NCBI GenBank assembly: GCA_964605735.1
Contig: CAZSDS010000001.1
Location: 70,771-134,770, forward strand
DNA: 64,000 nucleotides
From: an uncultured Candidatus Saccharibacteria bacterium
GTDB lineage: Bacteria; Patescibacteriota; Doudnabacteria; UBA920; O2-02-FULL-48-8
Direction of reading: 5' to 3'
Positions 34,491 to 43,168 of this stretch are shown piece after piece. The translations under genes were made by a program, and so were the position numbers. How positions within the stretch are numbered: position 1 is the stretch's first letter; every line of letters begins with the position of its first letter. The notes below the pieces were generated by a model. It did no database searches. It was not told the origin of the DNA and saw only the letters and a list, made by a program, of their open reading frames with translations.

Positions 34491-34897
34491 CAGATTGCGT
34501 TTTCTGCAAAATTATAAACAGAGAGTTGCCTGCTGATATTGTTTATGAGGATGACAACACCATCGCTTTCATGAACATCAAACCTATCAGCAAAGGACAT
34601 CTTTTGGTTGTGCCAAAAAAACATGCGCAGGATTTGCTCGAAAATACGGATGAAGAGCTGGCAAACCTGATGTCCGCGGTAAAGAAGATTGCCCCGGCAG
34701 CGTTGAAGGTAACAGGCTCACAAGGGTTCAATCTGAGCGTAAATACTGGTTCAGCCGCCGGACAGATTATTTTCCATACCCATTTCCACATCATTCCAAG
34801 ATATTCAAATGATGGTTTGCAGGACTGGCCGCATTCGGACAGTGAGCCTAAAACTCGCGCTGACATAGCGGCAGAAATTAAAAAACACATTTCATGA
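34487..34897 (+). CDS. HIT-family nucleotide hydrolase
   Basis: Histidine triad HTHFHIIPR. Confidence 0.8.
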   Translation: MTDCVFCKIINRELPADIVYEDDNTIAFMNIKPISKGHLLVVPKKHAQDLLENTDEELANLMSAVKKIAPAALKVTGSQGFNLSVNTGSAAGQIIFHTHFHIIPRYSNDGLQDWPHSDSEPKTRADIAAEIKKHIS

Positions 34898-35901
34898 AGT
34901 ATTTGGTGACCGGCGGAGCGGGATTTATCGGTTCGAATTTTATCCACCATATTTTCAAAAAATATCCGGATGCACATATTGTGAATTTGGATAAGCTCGG
35001 TTACGCCAGCAGTCTGGAAAGCCTCAAAGAGTATGAGGGTAGATCCAATTACAAATTTATAAAAGGAGATATAGCTGACGGTAATTTGCTTGATCAACTT
35101 ATGCCTGAAATTGACGTGGTTGTTAACTTCGCTGCGGAATCGCACGTGGACCGATCAATACTGGCCCCGGCGGAATTCGTCAAAACCAATGTCTTGGGAA
35201 CGCAGGTTTTGCTGGACGCGGTGGCAAAACATGGCAAACGCCTTCACCATATTTCAACGGATGAGGTTTTTGGCTCCTTGGAATTAAACAGCGACAAAAA
35301 ATTTGATGAAAACAGCCCCTATGATCCAAAAAGCCCTTACTCGGCTTCCAAAGCCGCCAGTGATCATCTAGTCAGGGCTTACGCCCACACTTTCGGACTG
35401 AAAGCCACCATCAGCAATTGTTCCAACAACTACGGTCCCTTCCAGTACGTGGAAAAACTGATCCCGCTTATGATCATAAACGTACTGCGCGGCCAGCCAT
35501 TGCCGGTTTACGGCGACGGTTTGAACGTCCGGGATTGGATTCATGTAGAGGACCATTGCGCGGCGATTGATTTGATTTTGGAAAAAGGAAATATTGGCGA
35601 AACTTATTTGGTGGGCGGCAACGCAGAAGTTGCCAATATAGAGGTGGTGAAGGGTGTCTTGCGGCATTTGGGCAAGGACGAGTCTTTGATCAAACATGTG
35701 AAGGATCGTCCGGGTCATGACCGCCGCTACGCCATCGACTCCGGGTACATTGAACGCGAACTTGGTTATTCCAGAAAATACACTTTTGAAGATGGGCTCA
35801 AGCAAACCGTTGAATGGTACCAGGCAAACAAGCAATGGTGGAAGCCGCTGCTTAATTCAGAATTTCAAAAATATTACGAAAAACAGTACAGCACGAAGTA
35901 A
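34894..35901 (+). CDS. rfbB: dTDP-glucose 4,6-dehydratase
   Basis: MKYLVTGGAGFIGSNF…, YSASKAASD (YxxxK). Confidence 0.9.
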   Translation: MKYLVTGGAGFIGSNFIHHIFKKYPDAHIVNLDKLGYASSLESLKEYEGRSNYKFIKGDIADGNLLDQLMPEIDVVVNFAAESHVDRSILAPAEFVKTNVLGTQVLLDAVAKHGKRLHHISTDEVFGSLELNSDKKFDENSPYDPKSPYSASKAASDHLVRAYAHTFGLKATISNCSNNYGPFQYVEKLIPLMIINVLRGQPLPVYGDGLNVRDWIHVEDHCAAIDLILEKGNIGETYLVGGNAEVANIEVVKGVLRHLGKDESLIKHVKDRPGHDRRYAIDSGYIERELGYSRKYTFEDGLKQTVEWYQANKQWWKPLLNSEFQKYYEKQYSTK

Positions 35902-35904
35902 CAA

Positions 35905-36468
35905 ATGAAGACCACAGAATTTTCCGTCAAAAAAAGCAAAATTCCCGGACTGCTCGAATTTGATATTACTTTTATCGAAGATCCGCGAGGTTGGTTCCAG
36001 GAAAAATATCAGAAAGCCAAACTTGTTCCACTGGGCCTGCCCGAAGATTTTCAGGCAATCCAGCAAAACATTTCTTTTAATAAAGAAGCCGGAGTCCTCA
36101 GGGGTATCCATGCTGAGCCGTGGGATAAATACATCAGTGTGGTTTCTGGCGAGGTTTTTGCTGTTTACGTTGACTTGCGGAAAGAAAATTTCGGGGCTGT
36201 GGCAGAAATCCAAATTCATCCTGGGAAAGCGGTTTTTGTGCCAAAGGGTGTTGCGAATTCGTTCCAGACGCTCAAACCGGACACCTATTACAGTTATTTG
36301 GTCAACGACCACTGGTCTGAGAAAAATCTTCCCTTGTATAAGTTTGTGAATTTGGCTGATCCGGATTTGAACATCAACTGGCCGATTCCAATTGAAAACT
36401 CGATTTTGTCTGACCGCGACAAAGGCCATCCCTTCATTAAAGACGTAACACCGTACGAAAACCTATGA
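35905..36468 (+). CDS. rfbC: dTDP-4-dehydrorhamnose 3,5-epimerase
   Basis: IPGLLEFD…DPRGWFQE… cupin fold typical of RmlC. Confidence 0.85.
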   Translation: MKTTEFSVKKSKIPGLLEFDITFIEDPRGWFQEKYQKAKLVPLGLPEDFQAIQQNISFNKEAGVLRGIHAEPWDKYISVVSGEVFAVYVDLRKENFGAVAEIQIHPGKAVFVPKGVANSFQTLKPDTYYSYLVNDHWSEKNLPLYKFVNLADPDLNINWPIPIENSILSDRDKGHPFIKDVTPYENL

Positions 36469-37298
36469 AAGTAGTCATCATTGGAGCAAAAGGAAATCTG
36501 GGTCACCAATTAATGGAAGTTTACTCGGATTTGAATCCTGTTGGTTTGGCTCGTGCAGATTTGGACATAACGGATGAAGAGGCGGTTATGGACAAAATAT
36601 CTGAACTGAAACCTGATTTGGTTTTTAATTGTGCCGCGTACAATGCTGTTGATAAAGCGGAAGAACACAGGATTGATGCTGAGAACGTGAATGGATACGC
36701 GCCTGGGTATCTGGCCAAAGCCTGTGGTGCTGTGGATGCAATTTTGGTGCATTACAGCAGCGGCATGGTTTTCATGGGCGACAATCCGGCAGGTTATAAG
36801 GAAGATGATCATGTAAATCCGGTAAACGCCTACGGCCGCAGTAAAATGCAGGGCGAGCTTGAGGTTCAGCAAAATACGGACCATTACTACATAATCAGAA
36901 CCTGCTGGTTGTTCGGCAAGCAGGGCCCTGGAGAAAGCACCAAAAAAAGCTTCAGCGATCTCATGCTTGATCTAGCCCAAAAAGGCGAGCCGTTGAAAAT
37001 TGTTGATGATGAATTCGGTAATCCGACATATACGCTGGATTTGGCGCAGGCCAGCCGGGCTTTGGTTGAAACTGAAAGGCCGTTTGGAATTTACCATTTG
37101 GCAAACACAGGTGTGGCAAGCAGGCTTGACTGGGCCCGTGAAGTTTTCAAAAACAAAGGGATGGATGCTAAAATTGAGCCAGTAAGGGGGATTAGCATGG
37201 CCCGCTTGGCTCGCCGCCCGACATTCGAAGTTTTGAACAACACGAAATTTATCGAACTCCGCCCCTGGACTGAGGCATTAAAGGAATATATGAAATGA
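36465..37298 (+). CDS. rfbD: dTDP-4-dehydrorhamnose reductase
   Basis: MKVVIIGAKGNLG…, YGRSK (YxxxK). Confidence 0.85.
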   Translation: MKVVIIGAKGNLGHQLMEVYSDLNPVGLARADLDITDEEAVMDKISELKPDLVFNCAAYNAVDKAEEHRIDAENVNGYAPGYLAKACGAVDAILVHYSSGMVFMGDNPAGYKEDDHVNPVNAYGRSKMQGELEVQQNTDHYYIIRTCWLFGKQGPGESTKKSFSDLMLDLAQKGEPLKIVDDEFGNPTYTLDLAQASRALVETERPFGIYHLANTGVASRLDWAREVFKNKGMDAKIEPVRGISMARLARRPTFEVLNNTKFIELRPWTEALKEYMK

Positions 37299-38014
37299 AA
37301 GGAATAATTCTCTCCGGCGGAAGCGGCACCAGGCTGAGCCCGTTGACCAAAGTAACCAGCAAGCAGTTGTTGCCCGTCTATGACGAACCAATGATTTTTT
37401 ATCCTTTGAAGACATTGATCAAGGCGGGGATAAAGGACATTTTGGTTATTGTTGCCCCAGACCGGGCAGGAGATTATCTGCGGCTGCTTGGTTCTGGCAG
37501 GCAGTTTGGAGTAACTTTCACCTATGAAATTCAGGATAAGCCGGAGGGTCTTGCCCAAGCTTACATAATTGGCGAATCTTTTATTGGGGACGAAAGCGTT
37601 TGCATGATCCTCGGCGATAATATTTTCGAAAAAGATTTTAGTGAACGCATTAAAAACTTTAAATCAGGTGCGCAGATTTTTGCCAAAAAAGTTTTGGACC
37701 CGGAAAGGTTTGGCGTTGTGAAATTTGATGAAAACGGAGTTGCGGAACAAATAGTTGAGAAGCCACAGGAACATGTTTCAGATTACGCCATTACAGGATT
37801 GTATATTTTTGACAACCGAGTGGTTGAAGTTGCCAAAACTTTGAAACCGTCCGCCAGAGGTGAGCTGGAGATCACGGATATCCAGAAATGGTATTTGGAA
37901 AAAGGCGAACTCGCGGTGGAGGTTGTGGATGGCGATTGGATAGATGCCGGAACTTTTGAATCCCTGTTCCGCGCCGGCGAATTGGCGCGCAAAAAGAAAC
38001 TAAATTTGAAATAA
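37295..38014 (+). CDS. rfbA: glucose-1-phosphate thymidylyltransferase
   Basis: MKGIILSGGSGTRLSPLT…QLLPVYDEPMI. Confidence 0.9.
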   Translation: MKGIILSGGSGTRLSPLTKVTSKQLLPVYDEPMIFYPLKTLIKAGIKDILVIVAPDRAGDYLRLLGSGRQFGVTFTYEIQDKPEGLAQAYIIGESFIGDESVCMILGDNIFEKDFSERIKNFKSGAQIFAKKVLDPERFGVVKFDENGVAEQIVEKPQEHVSDYAITGLYIFDNRVVEVAKTLKPSARGELEITDIQKWYLEKGELAVEVVDGDWIDAGTFESLFRAGELARKKKLNLK

Positions 38015-38030
38015 AAGTAACCAAAAACCC

Positions 38031-38933
38031 GTGCAAAATTACAAACACAAAATTACATCAGTCATTATTTCAACCGCCGCGACCTATTTTGGCTTCCAGG
38101 CCCTTGACCTGGCTTTGGACATTTACCAGGTCCATACATATTTTATCCTGTCCTGGTATGTCTTTGCGTTTCATGTTTTCTGGCTGGTATTCGTTTTTGA
38201 CCTCCATTACAAAACCGCGGGGAATCTGGCACACGCAAGAGTAGATTTTGCAGGCGCGCGGGTTTTTATTGAAGCCTTCAAAGCGAGAGTCCGGCACCTT
38301 TATCGCTGGGATTACGCGGGCAAATACCTTAATTATCTGATTCTGCCGGCAGTCATGTACTGGAGCGTGGTTGTATTGATGTTCCTCAATCCTTTTCATG
38401 AACTGTTTAAGGACGGGTTGATTATTGTTTCGACTGCGGCAATGTCAGTGGCGTACTGGTATTTTAAAGATTCATTCAGCAAGCATATGGAAATTGTTCA
38501 GACTGGTTTAAAAGTGCTTGGTTTGGTGAAACTGTTCGCCGCGTATCTTGCGTTTTCCGCAATTACAGCAGTTGGCTGGTATTATGGCTGGTCAGTTGTT
38601 TGGGTCATGCCTTTGGTGTTGTTGGCGACCTGGCTTCTGGTTTACCAAGCTACTTACCAACACAGGTATTATCTGCAGTCAGGTATTGGAGGGTATGTTG
38701 CCTTAATTGCGGTGCTGGTGACCTTGGTTTTTAGCGTGGTCTATTTGAAATGGAATCAAAATTACTATTCTGCCGGTTTGATTTCTGCTGTTGTTTACAC
38801 AGCATGTTGGGAAATTTTTCACAAACATTTGGACAAAGCTTTGACGCGCAGGATGTTCTGGGAATATGTTCTAATGTTGGTTGTGTTAATTTCATTTATA
38901 CTTTCGACCCACGATTTCCAGGGGCGGATTTAA
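38031..38933 (+). CDS. polytopic membrane protein, hypothetical
   Basis: 300 aa, about 8-9 TM helices. Directly downstream of the rfb operon. Confidence 0.45.
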   Translation: MQNYKHKITSVIISTAATYFGFQALDLALDIYQVHTYFILSWYVFAFHVFWLVFVFDLHYKTAGNLAHARVDFAGARVFIEAFKARVRHLYRWDYAGKYLNYLILPAVMYWSVVVLMFLNPFHELFKDGLIIVSTAAMSVAYWYFKDSFSKHMEIVQTGLKVLGLVKLFAAYLAFSAITAVGWYYGWSVVWVMPLVLLATWLLVYQATYQHRYYLQSGIGGYVALIAVLVTLVFSVVYLKWNQNYYSAGLISAVVYTACWEIFHKHLDKALTRRMFWEYVLMLVVLISFILSTHDFQGRI

Positions 38934-38983
38934 GGGAAACCAAAAACTCTCTCAGTGACAGAGAGTTTTTGGTTTGTTTTAGA

Positions 38984-39955
38984 CTAAATCCACAAAGTCA
39001 GGAAATTCACCAAGGCAATCAGGACCAGCATCAAGGAATGCGGGCTGGCCGCAATGGTCTGTCTTTGAACTCTTGCCCTATGGACGATGAACGAGTCAAG
39101 TGCCAACAAAAGTGTATATGCTCCGGCAAAACCTCCAACCAACACTTTCATGGACACAAGCCCTGGGGAAGAACTTGTGTTTGCCACCGGAAGGCTGGTG
39201 ACCAGGCTGTCAGTTTGATCCGGGGGTACAGTTAAAGGTATATCGGGTTCAATTGGGCCGGAGGATGTGTCTGCTTGCGCAGGAATTGGAGCGGAATCAG
39301 CTTTAGGCGTATCAGATGTTTCTGAACCGCTTACAACCGGAGTTGTTTCGTCAGAGGTGTCCTTTGGGTTTGCCGCGACAGGTGCCGGTGGCGGATTTGG
39401 GTTTGTTTTTTTCAATAATGATCCGAACAGGTTTGTCACCAGATATGTGTTGCGGTTGCCTTCAAATTCACCATACAAGGCAGCCATGCCCTGGTCTTCA
39501 AATTTTTCATTAAGAATGTTGGCGCGGTGTCCCGGGCTGTTCATCCAAGCCTTCACGATTGATTCAGCTGAAGTAAAGTCAATTGCCAGGTTTTCTCCCA
39601 GGGCTTTGTAGGGTTTGTAACCTTGCTCTTCAATAACTGGCCAGACATAATCACCATCAGGGTTTACGTGCGCAAAGTAATCGCGATCAATCATATCTTG
39701 GGATTTGATCTCCGCCGCTGACATAAGCTTGCTGTTCATGACCAGAGCAGGAAGGAGGCGCTGTGTCCGTTCCTGATTTATCCGGTTCATCAAATCCTGG
39801 GCATCCAGACCAGGAGCGCTGATTGCTATATACGAAGGCAGAAACAAACGCAAAGCCCACAACGATATAATAAAGCAGGCCATTGCGGTTTTGGACAAAA
39901 TCCAAGGCTGGTAATGGTTTTCAGGGGAAGCGATAAGATAGTATTTTAGTTTCAT
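38984..39955 (-). CDS. membrane-anchored CAP/SCP domain protein with Pro/Thr-rich stalk (paralog of 2698-3183)
   Basis: YFAHVNPDG, GENLA, WMNSPGHRANIL. Then a PT-rich low-complexity stretch and a C-terminal TM helix SLMLVLIALVNFLTLWI. Confidence 0.7.
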   Translation of the reverse strand: MKLKYYLIASPENHYQPWILSKTAMACFIISLWALRLFLPSYIAISAPGLDAQDLMNRINQERTQRLLPALVMNSKLMSAAEIKSQDMIDRDYFAHVNPDGDYVWPVIEEQGYKPYKALGENLAIDFTSAESIVKAWMNSPGHRANILNEKFEDQGMAALYGEFEGNRNTYLVTNLFGSLLKKTNPNPPPAPVAANPKDTSDETTPVVSGSETSDTPKADSAPIPAQADTSSGPIEPDIPLTVPPDQTDSLVTSLPVANTSSSPGLVSMKVLVGGFAGAYTLLLALDSFIVHRARVQRQTIAASPHSLMLVLIALVNFLTLWI

Positions 39956-40054
39956 TTCTGTGGTTTTTCTATGAATATTCTACCTTAATCCGGCAGAAAA
40001 ATCCACTTTTCAAGGCTATTTTCATTAAAAAAGCCCTGTAAACAAGGCACAATA

Positions 40055-40083
40055 TTGACATTTTAGCGATTTTATGATATTAT
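40055..40083 (+). promoter_or_regulatory. sigma70-like promoter for the sortase gene
   Basis: TTGACA(40055-60)-17 nt-TATTAT(40078-83). Confidence 0.5.
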
Positions 40084-40110
40084 TGTCGGTTCTAAAATAT
40101 CCATATCTAT

Positions 40111-41376
40111 ATGACAGAAGAGTTTTTCCAGTCAGAAATTCATAGATTGCTGAAACTGGGTCCGGATTTGAGCAAGCCTTATAATCCGCCAGTTGAAAAA
40201 CCTGAGCCAACTGAGGCCGATTTTATGTTTTCCCAAAACTCTGAAAGCGGTTCAAGTATTTCTGGTGCGCCTATGAATTTGCCTGTTATGGAAAATTCTC
40301 AATCTCCAGATGATATTGTCCCAAAATTTTCTTCAAACGGACAGTCTGCCAGCGGAGCCCTCGAATTTAAAACAGCTCCGGATGAAATCAAGGAGCATAT
40401 ACAAGAAAGGGCAGCAGATATTTCTGCCAAAGCTTCCACTGCGGTTAAATCCGCTAAGCAGTGGTCAGGCTTGCTGGTGTATCCATTAGTCTTTGTTGTG
40501 GCATTTGGATTCTTTTATGTGGTTTTGAACTTTAACGCTTTGATGCTTCAGATTGGTAGTTGGTTCGCAAAGGATGAGAGCGAAGTTATTTTGCAGGAAG
40601 ATTTGGAAGCTTATCAGCAATGGATCAATGGGTATTTTTTTGCGGTGGGCGACAAGGAAAAACTTGAGCCTAACCATGATATAGATACTGACGGCCTTAC
40701 CAACCTGGATGAATTCATCATCAAAACCAACCCAACTTTGTCTGACTCTGATTCTGATGGAATCAGCGACGGCATAGAAGTGATTAACGGCACAAACCCT
40801 TGGGGTACTGGCAAGATGAGCGCAAAACAGCAGAAAACCCTGGAGAAAGTTGATTTGATTAAAATCAACAATAGGATCAGCTTTAATGCCGCTTCCAAAA
40901 ATCTGGCAGACCTTAGCCACACGCAAAACTTTGATATGACAAAGCCTGGACGCTTATCAATACCTAAGCTTAACCTGCAGGTGCCGATTATCTGGACCGA
41001 AGACCCGGTACAGTTTGACCAGGACCTGACCCGTGGAGTTGTACATTACCCAGGCACTGCCTTGCCGGGCGAACGCGGAACAGTTTACATTTCCGGCCAC
41101 TCTTCGGATTACTTCTGGAAAAGCCATCCATACAAACAGGTATTTGCGCGAATCAATGCTTTGGAGCCGGGTGATGATATCTTTGTTGATGTGTACGGAA
41201 TTGATGGCAAAATCTATAATTACAAATACCGAGTGACTTCAGAAACCATTTACGCACCTGATGATCAGGCGCAGTTTATCGACAACACCCAGGCTAAGTT
41301 GAATCTTTCTACTTGCTGGCCGATTGGTACCCAGAAGGACAGGTACGTGGTCAGTGCGGTCCTGGAAAAACTGTAA
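40111..41376 (+). CDS. sortase-family transpeptidase with long N-terminal region and TSP3-like Ca-binding repeats
   Basis: C-terminal sortase motifs VVHYPGTALPGERGTVYISGH (His), LSTCWP (TLxTC Cys) and a downstream Arg. TM helix LLVYPLVFVVAFGFFYVVL. DxDxDG-type repeats DIDTDGLTNLDEF and DSDSDGISDGIE. Confidence 0.8.
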   Translation: MTEEFFQSEIHRLLKLGPDLSKPYNPPVEKPEPTEADFMFSQNSESGSSISGAPMNLPVMENSQSPDDIVPKFSSNGQSASGALEFKTAPDEIKEHIQERAADISAKASTAVKSAKQWSGLLVYPLVFVVAFGFFYVVLNFNALMLQIGSWFAKDESEVILQEDLEAYQQWINGYFFAVGDKEKLEPNHDIDTDGLTNLDEFIIKTNPTLSDSDSDGISDGIEVINGTNPWGTGKMSAKQQKTLEKVDLIKINNRISFNAASKNLADLSHTQNFDMTKPGRLSIPKLNLQVPIIWTEDPVQFDQDLTRGVVHYPGTALPGERGTVYISGHSSDYFWKSHPYKQVFARINALEPGDDIFVDVYGIDGKIYNYKYRVTSETIYAPDDQAQFIDNTQAKLNLSTCWPIGTQKDRYVVSAVLEKL

Positions 41377-41706
41377 ATTCCCGTTAAAGAAGCAAAAAAA
41401 CAGCCAAATTCAGGCTGTTTTTTGCTTAGGTTTTTGTTTAAAATACCTCAATTTTTGGGGTTTTTGCTCAGGTTTATTGGTTATTTGGTGCAGTTGTGCT
41501 GTAACCCGGGGGAAATTATGCTAAAAACCGGCCTAATTGGCAGGCCAGAAGCCTTGACTTTTCGCCGTTTTTCACATATAATCGTGTGTTAATCTGTTAG
41601 CTCAGGTTAGCCGTTTGCTTACGCAGGCGCAGCACTTTTTACGGTTATATATAGTTCTGGTTCACGAAACAACTGCGGCTCACAGTCATGAATAAGGGAG
41701 GTCGGG

Positions 41707-42954
41707 ATGAAGACGATCGTGGTAAGGCTTTTCGTGTTGATGCTGCTGAGCAGCATCGCGGTGCCAGTCTGGGCTCAGGAAAAGATAGAGCGCGACGACC
41801 AACAGAAGTCGCAGGCTGCGGCGCCCGCGCAAAGCGAGTTGCCGCATCCCTGGCCCCAAATGAGCGTGTTCGACTGGAACAGTCCAGGCCTGAACCCGCT
41901 GATCAAGACTTCGGATATTCCCGGCTTTGGCAAGGGGAACAAAGAAGTCGACTACCAGATCATGCAATCGGTGGCGCTTTGCGACGAGCGATTCAAGGAA
42001 GAGTGCGAACTTTTCCGGCAGGGACTCGTCGGTCTGAATCGTGGTGAAGAATTCGATCCTGAGACTATGAAGGAAATTCTCGCCATGTTTCAATACCGCG
42101 ACTTCGATGAAGTCGTGCTGCAGCCGGGTCAGGAGCTGTATGGTCCCATGGCCTTCGGAGGCGGTAAGTCGCCGAAAGGCGAGACTATCGTCCAGATCTG
42201 GGGAAGGGCCAAGCCGCTGCATCCGGTTGAGGCCTACGTCACCCGTCCGTTCCGCCCGCGAAGAGGTGTCTGGTCCGGGCTGAACATTGTTCTCGTCATT
42301 CCCAAGGTCTGCTTCAACGTTGCGATCGATCTTCGGCCGTACGTGGAAGAGACCCAAGTGGTTGCTGAATTGCCCAAGGAACCTTCAGTTGGTCTTTTCA
42401 CCCCACGGGGAAGGGTCGAGGTCTTCAAGACCTGGCTCGATCCTGACGGCGAAGAGACCAGGGTTCCTAACGACGGCATTCCGCTTGTATTCGAAGCCCG
42501 GCCTCTGGACGGCGGCACCCCGATTCGCGTCACTTCGTTCGACCGCAGGACTGCGGTCATCGAGGGGCTCGAGCTCGGCAAGCGCTACATCATCCGAGAA
42601 GAGTACAACTCTGACAGATGGGAAGTGCAAGGTCCGCCTGAGGTTGAAATTCAGGTGGGTGAGCAGAACCAGCCGATTCGCTTCGACAATGTGCAGGTTT
42701 CAAGGCGCGGTGGCGCTCCTTTGGGAGCCGCGCGCTTCAGCGACGACAGGTCGCACTGGGACAAGCACAAGTGGATCTACATCGGTTTGGGTGCGGTCGC
42801 AGCCGGAACAGCCATCGCTCTGACGAGAGGTGGGAAAGAAGAGATCAACGTCTACAACAAGGGCGGCGTGAACAATCCGGGCGGCAGTCCGGCGTCAACA
42901 GCGCCAGTCGGCAGCCGTGGGTTTACAGTCGGGTTCAGCATCGGTATCCGCTGA
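41707..42954 (+). CDS. secreted hypothetical protein encoded in a high-GC (~57%) segment
   Basis: GGGAGG RBS. Signal peptide MKTIVVRLFVLMLLSSIAVPVWAQ. No recognisable domain. The composition is strongly atypical for the window. Confidence 0.5.
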   Translation: MKTIVVRLFVLMLLSSIAVPVWAQEKIERDDQQKSQAAAPAQSELPHPWPQMSVFDWNSPGLNPLIKTSDIPGFGKGNKEVDYQIMQSVALCDERFKEECELFRQGLVGLNRGEEFDPETMKEILAMFQYRDFDEVVLQPGQELYGPMAFGGGKSPKGETIVQIWGRAKPLHPVEAYVTRPFRPRRGVWSGLNIVLVIPKVCFNVAIDLRPYVEETQVVAELPKEPSVGLFTPRGRVEVFKTWLDPDGEETRVPNDGIPLVFEARPLDGGTPIRVTSFDRRTAVIEGLELGKRYIIREEYNSDRWEVQGPPEVEIQVGEQNQPIRFDNVQVSRRGGAPLGAARFSDDRSHWDKHKWIYIGLGAVAAGTAIALTRGGKEEINVYNKGGVNNPGGSPASTAPVGSRGFTVGFSIGIR

Positions 42955-43168
42955 GCTTCGGCGGCTGTGTTCAATATCTGCGCAAGCAGGTAACGAATCA
43001 GTACACCGTGGGGGCGAAGAAGAAATTCTTCGTTCCCCACATATTTTTAAAAATACGAGTCTAAGAAAATATTGTGGGAGAATATTTTTTTGGACTGGTA
43101 ACAGGAACAGGCCAATCTTAATTTATTTATTATTTTTTTCTGCACAAAGCAGAGAGGAGTCAGATCAT

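Noticed and set aside
42917-43168. Upstream 84 codons of the 879-aa ORF (start at 42917), which overlap the end of the high-GC gene.
   Set aside because: This stretch contains the previous gene's terminator hairpin and an AT-rich promoter-like region. AGGAG plus ATG at 43169 (MKFVTK…, a signal-peptide-like start) is the credible start.
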